64,000 nucleotides of DNA from Vicugna vicugna (taxonomy: Eukaryota): contig MU062627.1 in the NCBI GenBank assembly GCA_013265495.1, positions 1,384,274-1,448,273 of the forward strand, in the 5' to 3' direction. A program made the translations under genes and the position numbers. Under the pieces are notes generated by a model. The model ran no database searches. It was not told where the DNA came from and worked only from the letters and a program-made list of their open reading frames with translations. Positions 1 through 12,225 of this stretch are shown here, piece by piece (within the stretch, counting starts at the first letter, position 1; each line of letters begins with the position of its first letter).

Positions 1-782
1 TGAATTTTACATTTAAAGATGATTAAAGTGGTCAATTTTTTGTTACATATTTTATGACAATTTTTAAAAATGAAATCCGGGGTAGGATCAAGAATTCTAA
101 AAGATTTTTTTTTCTGTTTTCATGTATTTTATTTTGCAATGTAAGCAGATAACTGGTACACTTTCCATCAAAAAAAAGAAAAATGGCTAAGGAGAATTTT
201 TAGCTTTAGGTAAAAAGTTGGTAAGGTAATCTTTAATACCCAACTCTTACATTATATTGGTATGAATAAACCAGTGTAACATTCAGATAGAACCAACCAC
301 AGGTAAGGTGTATATGTTTTGACATCTCATAGTTCCCAGAACTCAGTTTTCCAGAAGCTGCTGTCTGTGTGCCTGAGTGAAAGCGCACACGCGCCAGGTG
401 AGACCAGGTAGCAGAACTTGCTGTTCACCTTGGTCAGGTCACCATAGTCCTCATGCACGGGTCCGCTGTCAGATAAAAAGGGCTCACATTTATGGATGGG
501 ATAACCATTCCAGGTTTTCCCAGGACAGCTCCTGTTGTCCCAGTATCATTATGAAAATTCCTTTCACTCTGCAGTGTACCAGTTTGGAGAATAATTTATA
601 TAGTCATCCTATTCATGGGATGTTTTTTGTTTGCCAACTGCTGAGCCATTAGTTTCTGTTCTGTGTGATCCTTATGACAGCCCTAGGAGATACATAAATA
701 TCTTTATCATCCTCAATTTACAGATGAAGAGCTGGCTTTAAAACCTATCAGCCCAGTTTGAGTAGTTTCAGGGTCACAGCAA

Positions 783-910
783 ACACTGAGCACTTACTAT
801 ATAACAAGCACTTTATAAATATTAACTCATTTAATCTTCATAAAAATACTAGGAGAGAATGTTTGCTATTCCTGTTTTGTAGATGGGGAAACTGAGGCAC
901 ATGTTAAGTC
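783..910 (+). mobile_element. MIR SINE fragment
   Basis: MIR core-like sequence attaactcatttaatcttca...tgtagatggggaaactgaggcac. Confidence 0.7.
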
Positions 911-939
911 TTCATTTATTTCTAACAGTCATCAGGTTT

Positions 940-2050
940 TTTCATTCTTACTCCCAAATACTCGTCAAATCATCCACCCCAAACCATCTCTGATACAACT
1001 GTTCACAGCATCTCTCACAGTTTGTTGCTATAGATTCCTATTCCTGCTCTCTTGGCTGCTAGTTTTATCTGTTCTCCACCCCATCACCAGAATGTTCTCT
1101 CTAACATCCACATCTACCCTTGTCAGTCACCTGCAGAATGAAGTCCAAGTGCCCAGGTCCAGCCTTATCTTCATGTCCCGAAACACTCACCCATGTCCAG
1201 AAAGCACAGAGTTCCACACAGGATCAACCCAAAGAGGAGCACACCAAGGCACATAGTCATCAAATTGACCAAAGTTAAGGATAAGGAGAAAGTATTAAAA
1301 TTAGCAAGAGAAAAGCAACAAATAACACACAAGGGAATTCCCGTAAGGCTATCACCTAATTTTTCAGCAGAAACTCTACAGGCCAGAAGGGTGTGGCAAG
1401 ATATATTTAAAGTGATGAAAGGGAAAAACTTACAACTGAGAGTACTCTATCCAGCAATGCTCTCATTCAGAGTTGATGGAGAAATCTAAAGCTTCACAGA
1501 TAAACAAAAGCTAAAAGAATTCAGCACCACCAAGCCAGCTTTACAACAAATGTTAAAGGAACTTCTCTAGTCATCAAACCATAAGAAAAGAACAGAAAGA
1601 AGAAAGAGGGGGGAAAAAAAAAGACCTACATCTTCATGTCCTTCCTCCTCTAGTGCTCCAGCAGTGAGCATTAATGAAGTGTTTTCCCTGAACACACCGT
1701 AATGTTTCACGCCTCTATACTTTTGCTCATGATGTTCTTTCTGCCTGAGTGCCTCCTTACCTTTTATGTCCGTCTGTCCCCTGCTTGTCCATTTAATATG
1801 TCATTTCCTCCAGGAAGCCTTCCCTCACCATTCCACCTTCCTCTGCACCCTCAGGTCGGGTGTATGCCCCTCCTCTGTGCTTTTACAGCACCCAGAGCAT
1901 AGCTCTGATGTCATTTCACACGTTATGTTATACTTACATGATTTGTCCATGTCTGTCTCTTCCCAGTAGACTCGAATGCAGTATTTGTTCCCTTTTGTAA
2001 CCCCAACATCTAGCATAGTGCCCAATACACAAAGGTACACAGTGTTTTCA
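940..2050 (+). mobile_element. Degraded L2 LINE 3' region, interrupted by an L1 fragment (boundaries approximate)
   Basis: L2-like phrases ctccaggaagccttccct and tagcatagtgcccaatacac; the sequence reads through once 1179-1641 is removed. Confidence 0.55.
1179..1629 (+). mobile_element. L1 ORF1 3' half plus inter-ORF spacer (internal L1 fragment, not coding)
   Basis: Translates RINPKRSTPRHIVIKLTKVKDKEKVLK...LSFRVDGEI*SFTDKQKLKEFSTTKPALQQMLKELL*, the L1 ORF1p C-terminal region, with an in-frame stop; flanked by ATCTTCATGTCC at 1167-1178 and 1630-1641. Confidence 0.93.
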
Positions 2051-2608
2051 ACCACGAGTAAACCAGAGCTTCAGATTCCTAATACTTAATCATGGCTTCT
2101 GATTTTTTAAGGTAAAGTCAAAGTTCCCAAGTTCTTAGCTATTAAATAGTTATTTTCTTAGCTTGAAAAATAAATCTGACCAACTCTGACTAAATGGAAC
2201 TTAGGATGGTTGATCCCAGTTTGAATTTCTTCCTGACGCTGCTGAGAATAAGCAGCATGAATGTCCTAAATTTATATCTGGGCACCTGTTTTAGGCAAGA
2301 ACATTGTGCTGCAGATCTTTAAGAACATACTGTTACTTGAAAACAACACACCAGAGTGTACACTAGCATCTCAGGAGAATGTCACTGCCTGAGGACAGGG
2401 ACTCTGAAGGGTTTTTTCTTTACTGTATCACCAGTGCCGGGACCAGTGCCTGGTGCGTAACGGGTGCTCAAGAAATACTTGTGAAAATTAGTGAATCCAA
2501 AATCAGTAGCTGCACACATTTCTCCTTTAAGAAAAGCATTTTACTCGGTGTGAGAGCTGAGCCTCTGTGGTTCTGTCGGCATTTATTTACATTTTGGTCT
2601 GTGTTTAG

Positions 2609-2671
2609 GCACTCGCTGCTGGAGGAGTGGGATCCATTGTTCGAGTCCTGACTGCGAGGAAAACCGTGTAG
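2609..2671 (+). CDS. ARPC5: ARPC5 (Arp2/3 complex subunit 5, p16-Arc) last coding exon; upstream exons lie outside the window
   Basis: Acceptor tgtgtttag (AG 2607-2608), then ALAAGGVGSIVRVLTARKTV* (TAG 2669-2671), matching the recalled ARPC5 C-terminus; synteny with NCF2 and SMG7. Confidence 0.96.
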   Translation, partial: ALAAGGVGSIVRVLTARKTV

Positions 2672-4020
2672 TCCAGTGGGAACTGGATGTCTCCCGCACG
2701 GTGGGAGTTGCTGGTACAAAGACCAAAACAACCAAATGCCACCGCTGCCCTTCGGGCAGCGTCCGTTTCTCTCAGCTTTGCCTTCTTGCTTCCTTTTCAT
2801 ATCTATAAAGAAGAAAATTACATATCAGTTTTCCTTTAATGAAAATCAGGATATAGTACAGGCAGTGTTTCAACAGGAGTGTTTCATGCTCTCAAAACTA
2901 CTCCAGTGGTGTGTACGCCAGTCTGTATATAGCATAATTTACATTCAAGTTTAACTGTGCAATTTTTAACCCCTATTGGTTGGTGTGGGTTTTTTTGTTT
3001 TTTGTTTGTTGGAAGGGTTTTGGGGGGGGTTTTTGGTTTTGTTTTTGACTGATAGTGAGAAATTTGATCAGAATTTGAGGCCAGTTTCCTAACTTATTGC
3101 TAGCCAGGAAATGATCTTTATTAAAAACAGATGTTTGAGAGACTGGCAGCTATTAACTAACATTGCAAAACTGGACCACACTTCCCTTATTTAAGCAAAA
3201 TGTGTTTCTGGAACCAACGGTGGCTGAACACCACGACCAGGCTCCAGCTCTGTTTCTGCTTGCCTCCGGATTCTGTTGAGTTTAAGTACGCGTCTTCCTC
3301 TCAGCATCCAATAATCGTGGCCTCTTGATTCCTTTGTGGTCACCCAGGGTGTAGAGCAAGGAGTCTTGCTCTACACAATGTATCTTACAGATCATTTATA
3401 AAATACACTTTGTATTTGGCCAGAGCCTGTTTGGTACTAGCATAAAACTTTTGCTCCAATAATATGGCCCTATTTGGGGAACCTACTCCAAATCAGAAAG
3501 GACACAGAATCTTTGATGTAGTTCAAACTCTGGGCAGCCTCTGAATGAAATACTGTTTTCTTTGGAATTACAGTGGCTATCTTTGACATTATGAGGTACG
3601 TAACTAGTATTTAATACGTCCTATAAATGTCTTCAGTGTTCTTTAGGGTAACTGGGATCTTACAAGATTTGGTTCAGATCCAAACACGTACACATTCTGT
3701 ATTTTAGCTCAGTGTTTTTTAAAAAAAGATAATGCCACACATCAAAAAAGTGTTTACTTTGTTAGACAAACCAAATCAGTTCTCAGAAAAATGACCGGTG
3801 CTTTTGAAAAGTTATCATTCAGTAGCTCTAAAAGAAACCACCTGAATGCTTATGACCAAGAGAGAGAGCAGACTATATTTAGTATTTCTTATATCACTGA
3901 CTTATGTGAAAACTGGTACAGAAATTCTGTAAACTCTTTGCTGTTTTTGATACCTGCTTTTTGTTCTGTTTTGTAAAAATGATAAAGTTCAGAAAATAAA
4001 ATGTCAGTGTTGAATAATTT
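2672..4020 (+). other. ARPC5: ARPC5 3' UTR (end approximate)
   Basis: Repeat-poor, AT-rich sequence after the stop, ending at AATAAA 3995-4000 followed by a GT/T-rich stretch. Confidence 0.75.
3995..4000 (+). terminator. ARPC5: Probable ARPC5 polyadenylation signal AATAAA
   Basis: agaaAATAAAatgtcagtgttgaataattt. Confidence 0.7.
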
Positions 4021-6104
4021 ATTTTTCTCACTCTTACTTTAATACTTAGAATGTATAGTTAATTAAGAGGAAAGATTTCCTGTTTTATCACCAAGTCATT
4101 ATGCTCTTTGACAAGAACAAATTTTGTACAGAAGGTTTATAAAAACTGCTTTATTCAAATATAAAGCAGTAGACATGGGGAGTCATTAATAAACATTAGC
4201 AGTGACGCCTCTGGAGCGACCTCACAGCCCCGTGAATGCCCCTGAGCGCTGGAGACGAGACCAGGATGTGCCGGTTGGCCTTGCAGCCGCTGTCACTTGT
4301 TCCCGGCTTCTAAACTCTTACACCTCAGATCTTCTGTCCCTACCAACTCAAGACAACCTCTGTTTGCTTTCCCACTGCACCTGCTTTAAAGCTTTAGAAA
4401 CTCACAGGCAGTTCAGAGGGCTGGAAGTGAAGCTGCGGGTGTCAGGCCGTCAAGTAGGTAATGCATAAGCACGAACAAACCTCAGAACAAAAGCAAGTGA
4501 CACTGCGATACTTTTTCATAAAATCCATTTCAACATCACTTTCACAACCATAGTGCTGGGGAAAATTCTGGGGTTCTGTGTTTTATAGTGACAAGAATAG
4601 GTGTATTCAGAATTTGCTAGTCAGCTTTACTCAGGGCAGATAGCAAAAATATGTACCAGAACGGCGTAGGGGCTGGGCCAGATGGACGCCAGCTGGAATC
4701 CACTGGCTCAACTGATGCATTTCGGCTAAACGTCAGCCCAGGTGCTGCTGGCTGACGGCACCGTCGTGGTGGGGAGGGGGGAGGGGCGTAGTCAGGGAGA
4801 ACTGTGGAGAAAAGACATAAATGCTAAGGGGCACTTTGGGCACAAAAAGTGATTCTCCCCCCACCCCATTCCCTTCTACTTGAATCTCGGTGTTTTTATC
4901 GTTTGTAGCCATTTTTGTGTTTTTGCCACTTTTTAAAGGCTCATGACCCCTTTGTTGATCAGCAACGTTTAGTTACATCATACCTGATGGTAAGCGTGAT
5001 GATGTGTCACGGGACGCCGTTAACACAGGTGAAATCAATCTTGTCAACTGGCCAACTTAACTGAGTACTTTTCAAGTGTGTACTGTGTTCCCTGGGATCA
5101 CGGAGGAGACAGAAACGTCTGGACCTTGCTCACAAGCTGCTTTCAGCCTAGATGCAAAGTAAGATTTAAGCACTTTGAAGTCAGTGCCACGCATTTTCAT
5201 ACCTGACTGTCAGCGTGGGGGGAACAGTGCGATCGGGGTGGCCTGCTGGAAAGCGAGGCAGGTCGGTCTGCACGAGGCCCCGCGCAGGCGGGAAGAAGGG
5301 GCAGCAGAGGGACGACAAAGCCAAAGCAGGTTTAGCCGTCACTGTTCTTAGGGTTTCAATGTTTTTAACATAGAGTCATGGACAGTGACTAAGAGGATGT
5401 AGGTTTTGATAAAGTATCTCCATGGGACAAAATTCAAGAAAGTCATGAGATTTTAGAAAATTATTTTTTTTTCAGCTGAGTTAGACATCAGTGGTCACTC
5501 AGTCTTACCCTTTTGATAGGAGTAAACAATGGGAAATTTAAACTATAAGAAGGAAACAAGTTGATAATGAAGAGCTTCACTTACAAAAAATGGGTAGGAA
5601 TAATTTAATCCTTTAAATACTTTTGATCATTTCTTAAAATGTCAGTTATGTTCAGAGTATTCATTTAAAGAGCATCAGAACTGCTGCTTGGGTCCATGTG
5701 ACCCAGAGTGAGCATGTTTCTGAACTACATGAAATAGAACACAGATGTCAGGAAACCAAAGGCATGGTGCCCCCGGCGTGTGGTAGTGATACGGCTTTTC
5801 ATTTCCAAAGCAAGATTCTGAGTGAGAAGAGGTGGGCTAAAACACAAAAGCCATCATTAATTGAGTACCTACTCCGCCAGTCCCATCTGATTTTATCTTC
5901 AAAACTGACGCTTAAAGAATTGTCTATCATACAAGACACACTGTAGGAAGTGAATTCTGGTACATCCGCCTGATTCCAAAGTCCTACCACACTTTTTCTC
6001 AATTCCAGTACTTAGGAAACGCAGATGTCCCCAGGACAGAGGAGGGCTGGACTTGCTCTAGAAATCTCGCGCCTTAATGCTTGGAGGGGACTGTATGTCT
6101 TGCT

Positions 6105-6535
6105 ATTGTCTGGTTTAATTGAAATATAGTTGATTTATAATGCATTGGTTTCTGGCGTACAGCACAGTGATTCAGTCATACATATGTATATGTTCTTTTT
6201 CACTAGAGGTTATTGCAAGGTATTGAATATAGTTCCCCATGATACACAGTAGGACCTTGTTGTTTATCTATTTTGTATATTTTGTATCTGCAAATCCCAA
6301 ACTCCTAATTTAACCCTTCCTCCCTTTCCCCTTTGGTAACCATCAATTTGTTTTCTCTGTCTGTGAGTCTGTTTCTGTTTTGTAAATAAGCTTGTTTGCA
6401 TCATTTTTTTAGATTCCACATGTAAGTGATAGCATACGGTATTTGTCTCTCTCTACCTGACTTAACTTCACTCAGTGTGATGAGCTCCAGGTCCATCCAT
6501 GTTGCTGCTGGTGTGTGTATATAGACCACGACTCC
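6105..6535 (-). mobile_element. L1 3' end fragment
   Basis: Reverse complement of an artiodactyl-type L1 3' UTR (...agtaggaccttgttgtttatctatttt...tagattccacatgtaagtgatagcatacggtatttgtc). Confidence 0.85.
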
Positions 6536-8434
6536 TTTATCCATCCTCTGTTGATGTTGGAGGGTCCTGTTGAGAGGTGAAGTCCACTCAGGAGCCCTTC
6601 ACAGAGGCCACAGTTGACAGGCGTAGAAGTCAGAAGAAAGATTAGGAGAGGTGCTGCCACAGCTGGGGACACACTCAGCAGCGCACAGAGCAGAACATCG
6701 CTACTTGTCCGTCGTGCTTTACCTGCCCTTCGATGATTCCTGAAGCTGTGAGGTCAACGCCCAGAACACACATACCTCCACTAGAGAAGAGAGAAGTGAC
6801 CGAGGGCTGGGCTTCTCAAAGCATGTGTTTCTCTGGTGTCTGGCTCTTTACCCGTGTTTTTGGAAGGTTCCTGTTTCTCATGTTTTCATAGATGATGCCT
6901 TTTAACTAAATAAGCTTCTGTTTTTATTAGTTTTGTCGTAATTCCATTTAGCAAGAACCAGAGCTTCAATCTCTCGTTTCATTAGCCAAGTTCAACAGAT
7001 GACTGGTCATAAATTAAAAATTATCTGCTTAATTGAATGCCTAAGAATCACTCTGACCACCTTCAGTATAATTTTGAGGTACCCTGAATTGGAAGCTTAT
7101 CTCCGTCCATGCTTCTGGAGTGCCCTCACATTCCGCTCTCAATGCCAGTTTTAGATTAAGAGTTTTTGCAGGGAAATCCCTGAGAAAAGTCCAGGATTGA
7201 AGAAATCGGGATCAAAATCACAGACTCTGGAGGAGGAACCAACCCACCGCCCACAGGGCACCAGCCCAACAATGCATGTTTGACTCTGTTCCTCAGCCCA
7301 GCACCGTCACGTGTCGGCCAGCCTTGGGTTGGGTTTGGATGGGTTTGGGTAAGTTCTACCCTGCCGTTGTCCACCTCTGCCCTTTCCGCTTCTTGTTTTC
7401 ATTTGCCATGTATCCTTCCTTTCCCTCAATGCTTTTCTTCTCTGTTTTCTTTCTCTCTTTCCTCAGTCCCTGCACCTGCTGCCTGCCTTCCCTCTCTCTC
7501 CTCTCTCCACTCCCCCTGCCTCACTTTTCCAGTTAGTTTACCTGATGCTCATGCTCAGGCACTTGGAATCATTCCTAATAAATAAATATGTGGTTCTCAG
7601 GCAGATTAGTGCAAGCAGTGCCCTCCCACAGTTCTTGAAATGACTCGAGGTGTTTGAATTGCTCGTTTCTAAACTGCAAATATGCTGTTTTATTTCCATG
7701 GATTGCTTTGGCCAGCAACTGAGCAAATAACCCAAAATTGAAGACCGATTTTTAAACACGTCATTTTCCCTTTAGATTTATAAATAACTTCACCTTACAG
7801 ACAAAAAAAAAGTACAAAAGAATAAAGTGGGAATGGAAGGTAATTACGCCCAATACAAAAACACTGAATAGACATTTTAGAAAGGGGTGCTCTGAAACAA
7901 GGCTTCTTTTGTCCATATTCCTGCTGTGGATCTTTCCCCAAACCCCTCTCCACCTGAGCCCATCATCCCTGTTAGAAGGTGTGAAAACCCCGGCGTTTAA
8001 AATGCTCTGTGCACTAGAATGCAGGTGCCTCCTTAGACGAGCCGGCCAAGCCTGGGACACACGGACGCACAGCGCATCATCTGCCTATAGGTGGCGCTGC
8101 TTCCCCACATCGATGACCCACGACCAACTCGGCACGCAGATTCACTCCTGCGGCTCCGTTTAACTTCATCATCTACGTTTGCGTCTGTTCTTTCTCTATG
8201 AGACAGTTACCTAAAGGCTGTGTACGTAATCACAAATTGGACAGTATATGACTCACCTGAATTCCACAGTCCAGCATCCTGACTTACATATTTCCCAGCC
8301 CAGCATTTAGCTAATGTTCTCCAGGACACCCTCCCGACCTTTCTACTAGACCCCATGGCCTTCCTGAAGTCACAGGAGCAGTGACTTACTCATTCTCCGC
8401 AATACTTTGACATAATTGATACTCAGCCAATATC

Positions 8435-8685
8435 TATCCCCAGGTTCCATGCACAGGTCCCTGCTTCCCCAAATAGGAGAACATACTAGAAGCACAAATT
8501 TGAGAGCTCTGCAAAGAGTAAACTCCCCCTAGGTTCAAATATGGTTGCATGATATTGATTGAGCCAAATCACCCAAGATATCCCCAAGTTCCATGCACAG
8601 GTCCCTGCTTCCCCAAATAGGAGACCATACTAGAAGTACAAATTTGAGAGCTCTGCAAAGAGTAAACTCCCCCTAGGTTCAAATA
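8435..8685. repeat. 107-bp direct repeat, two copies, period 144 bp
   Basis: 8435-8541 and 8579-8685 (tatcccca..ttccatgcacaggtccctgcttccccaaataggag...cctaggttcaaata), 3 mismatches. Confidence 0.93.
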
Positions 8686-9290
8686 ACCTGGATCCAATCA
8701 AGTTTAGTCACAAACAAATTCAATTTACTTCCACGTAGAACTTTAGGCAGAAAATGTATCAGCCTTGGGTGGCAATTAGAGCCATGATGGGTAACATGTG
8801 CAGCCTTTGTAGTGTGTGGCTCTGCAAGTCACCAGAGAAAGAGGCCGAGGGACAGAATTCCAGCTCACATCTGACTGACAGCGGCATCAAGGGAACTCAT
8901 ATGGACGAGCTTTCACGATTCTGTGGCATCACCTTCTGAGATCAGAGATGTGTCCCGGGACTTGGTTTCCCTTAAGGGTGAAAAAATCATTAAATAGAAT
9001 CCATGAACTTACATCACCTTTCCTGACTGCATTTATGCTCAGAGTTCTCTTATCGTGTCCGTTCTTAGGGTCACAAATGCCGTAAATGGACCATGCTGCT
9101 GAATAGCATCATGCCTCTTTATGTCTATCCAAAAATTGAATCAAGACTCCAGAAGCACCTTGAAATTAAGATGTTCTTCAACTTGATGACTGAGTTAAAG
9201 GTCAGTGTATTCACTGATCGATTATTTTATAATTTTCTTCATTTTAATTTCTCCTCATTTATTTTCAAGTGAGTAATCTGTTTTGTATAA

Positions 9291-9475
9291 NNNNNNNNNN
9301 NNNNNNNNNNNNNNNNNNNNNNNNNNNNNNNNNNNNNNNNNNNNNNNNNNNNNNNNNNNNNNNNNNNNNNNNNNNNNNNNNNNNNNNNNNNNNNNNNNNN
9401 NNNNNNNNNNNNNNNNNNNNNNNNNNNNNNNNNNNNNNNNNNNNNNNNNNNNNNNNNNNNNNNNNNNNNNNNNNN
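9291..9475. other. Assembly gap (185 N)
   Basis: Run of n. Confidence 0.99.
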
Positions 9476-9924
9476 TCAAAAAGATGCATGTGCCCCAATG
9501 TTCATGGCAGCACTATTTACAATAGCCAAGACATGGAAACAGCCTAAATGCCCATCAACAAATGACTGGACAAAGAAGTTGTGGTATGTTACAGGATCTT
9601 GTGGTGGCTCACAGCAAAAGAGAATGTGACAGTGGATTTATGTATGTTCATGTATAAATGAAAAATTGTGCTCTACACTGGAATTTGACACAACATTGTA
9701 AAATGACTATAACTCAATAAAAAAATGTTAAAAAATAAAAATGCATACTAATACAAAAAAAAGAAGTTGTGGTATATTTATACAATGGAATACTACTCAG
9801 CCATAACAAGAATAAAATAATGCCATTCACAACAACATGGGTGGACCGGAGATTGTTATTCCAAGTGAAGTAAGCCAGAAAGAGAAAGAAAATACCATAT
9901 GAGATTACTTATATGTGGAACCTA

Positions 9925-9955
<31 letters not shown>

Positions 9956-10275
9956 AAAAAAAACCTTATTTACAAAACAGAAACAGACTCACATAGAAAA
10001 CAAACTTATGGTTACCAGAGGGGAGAGCGGAAAGAGGGTGGGAAGGGAAAAATTAGGAGTTTGAGATTTTCAGATACTAATATATATAAAATAGATAAAC
10101 AAGTTCATACTGTACAGCACAGGGAACTATATTCAATACCTTGTAGTAACTTCTGGTGGAAAAGAATATGAAAATGAATATATGTATGTTATGTATGACT
10201 GAAGCACTGTACTGTACACCAGAAACTGACACAACATTGTAAACTGACTGTACTTCTATTAAAATACATATATAT
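9476..10275 (+). mobile_element. L1 ORF2 end and 3' UTR, carrying a nested younger L1 insertion
   Basis: ccaatgttcatggcagcactatttacaatagccaagacatggaaacagcctaaatgcccatcaac...atacaatggaatactactcagcc..., ending tgtaaactgactgtacttctattaaaa. Confidence 0.9.
9588..9759 (+). mobile_element. 5'-truncated young L1 3' end nested in the older L1
   Basis: Perfect 16-bp target-site duplication AAAGAAGTTGTGGTAT at 9572-9587 and 9760-9775; ends gactataactcAATAAA plus an A-rich tail. Confidence 0.88.
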
Positions 10276-10284
10276 ATAAACCAA

Positions 10285-10755
10285 GAAAACCCAATCATTT
10301 GTCATCTCTCATGGTTTCTGTGGGTCAGGAGTTTGGTGGTGGCTTCCTGAGTATTTTCTGCTTTGAGACTTTCATGCGGTTGGACTCAGGTGTTGGCAGG
10401 GGTGACAGTCACGTGAAGGCTCGTCTGAGGCTGGAGACCTGCTTCCAGGGCGGCTCCCTCACCAGGCTGGCACGGTTTTGCTGGCTGTGGGCAGGAAGCC
10501 CCGATTCTTTTCCACGTGGGCCTCTGCACAGAGCTGCTTGAGTGTCCTCATGACACGGAAGCTGGCTTCCAGCAGAGAAAACCATCCAGGTGTCCCAGTC
10601 TGCGATTTTATGACCTGTGGCCGGAAGTCACAAGCAGTCGGGGCTGCGGTGTTCTGCGGGTCCCATGGGCCAGCTCTGATTCGTGGGCGGCCTGCACGAG
10701 GGCGTGATGACCAGAAGGCTTGGACTAGAGGAGCCGTCTGGGAGGCCTGCTACCA
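10285..10755 (-). mobile_element. MaLR (MLT1-type) solo LTR
   Basis: Typical MLT1 phrases tctgtgggtcaggagtttgg, ttccacgtgggcctctgcacagagctgcttgagtgtcctcatgac. Confidence 0.75.
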
Positions 10756-10999
10756 GACACGTCTTTTCAATATGCGTATTTTATGACCCCCCCCCATGTA
10801 TGCAACATTTGCACAAAGGAGGCAGGGCATCATTCCCGGAAGCATCTCTGTCTTCCTTGGAACTACCCTGGGTTTCCAAATTCAGAAACTCCAGTGAAAG
10901 TCTTAAAAGGTGACCTTCTCATACAGATGGAGTTAATCAACAAGGTACTGCTCCCCCAGTGCCTCTGCCCCATTTGAGTGAGCCAGAGGCCCCATCGTT

Positions 11000-11765
11000 T
11001 CCCTACTGTATCACTTGTCTCCTGCTTCATAACAAACCACCAAATGCAGAGGCTCCAAACAGCACAGCTTTACCATTTCACAGTTAGCTGCTGTGGGTGG
11101 AGAATTTGGCACAACTTAGCTAGGTCCTCTGGCTCAGGGTCTCTTTCGAGGCTGCAATCAAGCTGTTGGGCTGGGAGCCACATTCAGCTCAAAGTTCGAC
11201 TGAGACAGGATCAGTTTTGCACAGGCTGTTGGACAAAGGGCCTCGGCTTCTCACTGGCTGCTGCCCAGAGGCTGTCCTCTTGGCTACACCAGCATCTCCA
11301 CAGTGCAGACCATCACAGAGCAGCCGATGTCACCAAAGTGGGCGAGTGAGAGAGAATGAGAGAGAGCTAGCTGGATGGAAACACAGCCTTTTGTTACCTA
11401 ATCTTGGAAGTGACATCCCATCACTTTGGCAGTATTCTATTTTTTCTCTTTTCATGTTTTTAAAAAATTTTTTTATAATTAGTTTTATTTCTTTATTTTT
11501 AGAGGAGGTACTGTGGATTGAACCCAGGACTTCATGCATGCTAAGCACGCGCTCTACCGCTTGAGCTATACCCTCCCCCTGTTTTTTTTAATTTTTAAAA
11601 AAATTTTCTGTTTATATTAATAACTTGTTTCTTTTTACTTTGTTTGCCGTATTCTTTTCACGTGAAGCAAGGCAGTAGGTCCAGTCCACATTCAAGGAGA
11701 GGGGAGTGCACAGAGGGGTGAAGGCTGGGATCATGGGGGCCACGGGCTGCCTCCTGCACCCACTA
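11000..11765 (-). mobile_element. MaLR (MLT1F/G-like) solo LTR split by a SINE
   Basis: Reverse strand reads ggcagcccgtggcccccatgatcccagccttcacccctctgtgcactcccctctcc, like the MLT1F start; interrupted at about 11440-11620. Confidence 0.72.
11440..11580 (-). mobile_element. tRNA-derived camelid SINE (Vic-1-like)
   Basis: Reverse complement ggggagggtatagctcaagcggtagagcgcgtgcttagcatgcatgaagtcctgggttcaatccacagtacctcc, with A and B boxes and an A-rich tail. Confidence 0.88.
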
Positions 11766-12225
11766 TGGCCCCTGAGCGAAGGGGTGTCTCTGCCCTGCAC
11801 ATTCCACCCCGGTTTTACTAATCCCCTCCCTTGGGACCAATTCTATAGATAGACTAACCTGGGGTGTCTGGAAACCTTCATGGGAAAAATTCTCTGTCCT
11901 CTCACCAGTTTTAAGACTTCTTCCTTTTTCTTAAAAGAATACATTTAAAAAAAACATAGTTTTTCATATTTCAAAAGTAATACAAGCTCCTTGTGGAATT
12001 CCAACAATATCTAAATATAAAAGCTATAAATAAAACTCCCCTAATAATCCTCCCACATCCTGGAGGTGAGCAGTGTTCATCTCGTGGTCCACCCCTTTTC
12101 CCAGTACATGTGCTAATGTCATATTCTTGTTAACTTACTAAAAAGGTTAATTTACTAAAAAAGTTATCAATCTCTTCTTTGGTTTGTGTTGTGTCTTACT
12201 TAACTCAGTAGCTTGACCATCTCCC

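Noticed and set aside
1193-1489. 98-aa ORF with clear protein homology
   Set aside because: It is an L1 ORF1p fragment with an in-frame stop and no 5' part, not a host gene.
7171-7180. NF-kB consensus GGGAAATCCC (also GGGAATCCCC at 39677-39686)
   Set aside because: Several such degenerate 10-mers are expected by chance in 64 kb; no supporting cluster.
8435-8685. Repeat-spacer-repeat pattern as a CRISPR-like array
   Set aside because: Only two 107-bp copies, eukaryotic context, no cas genes.
9255-9547. X-filled ORFs across N gaps (also at 61795-62558 and 63235-63489)
   Set aside because: Artefacts of translating N runs; only the frames matching SMG7 exons are real.
6105-10275. Oppositely oriented L1 3' ends that could form dsRNA
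   Set aside because: They lie beyond the ARPC5 poly(A) signal, are about 3 kb apart and are diverged; no evidence of transcription.
10285-11765. Two adjacent co-oriented MLT1 LTRs as a collapsed provirus
   Set aside because: The two LTRs differ too much and look like different subfamilies; no internal MaLR sequence was recognised between them.
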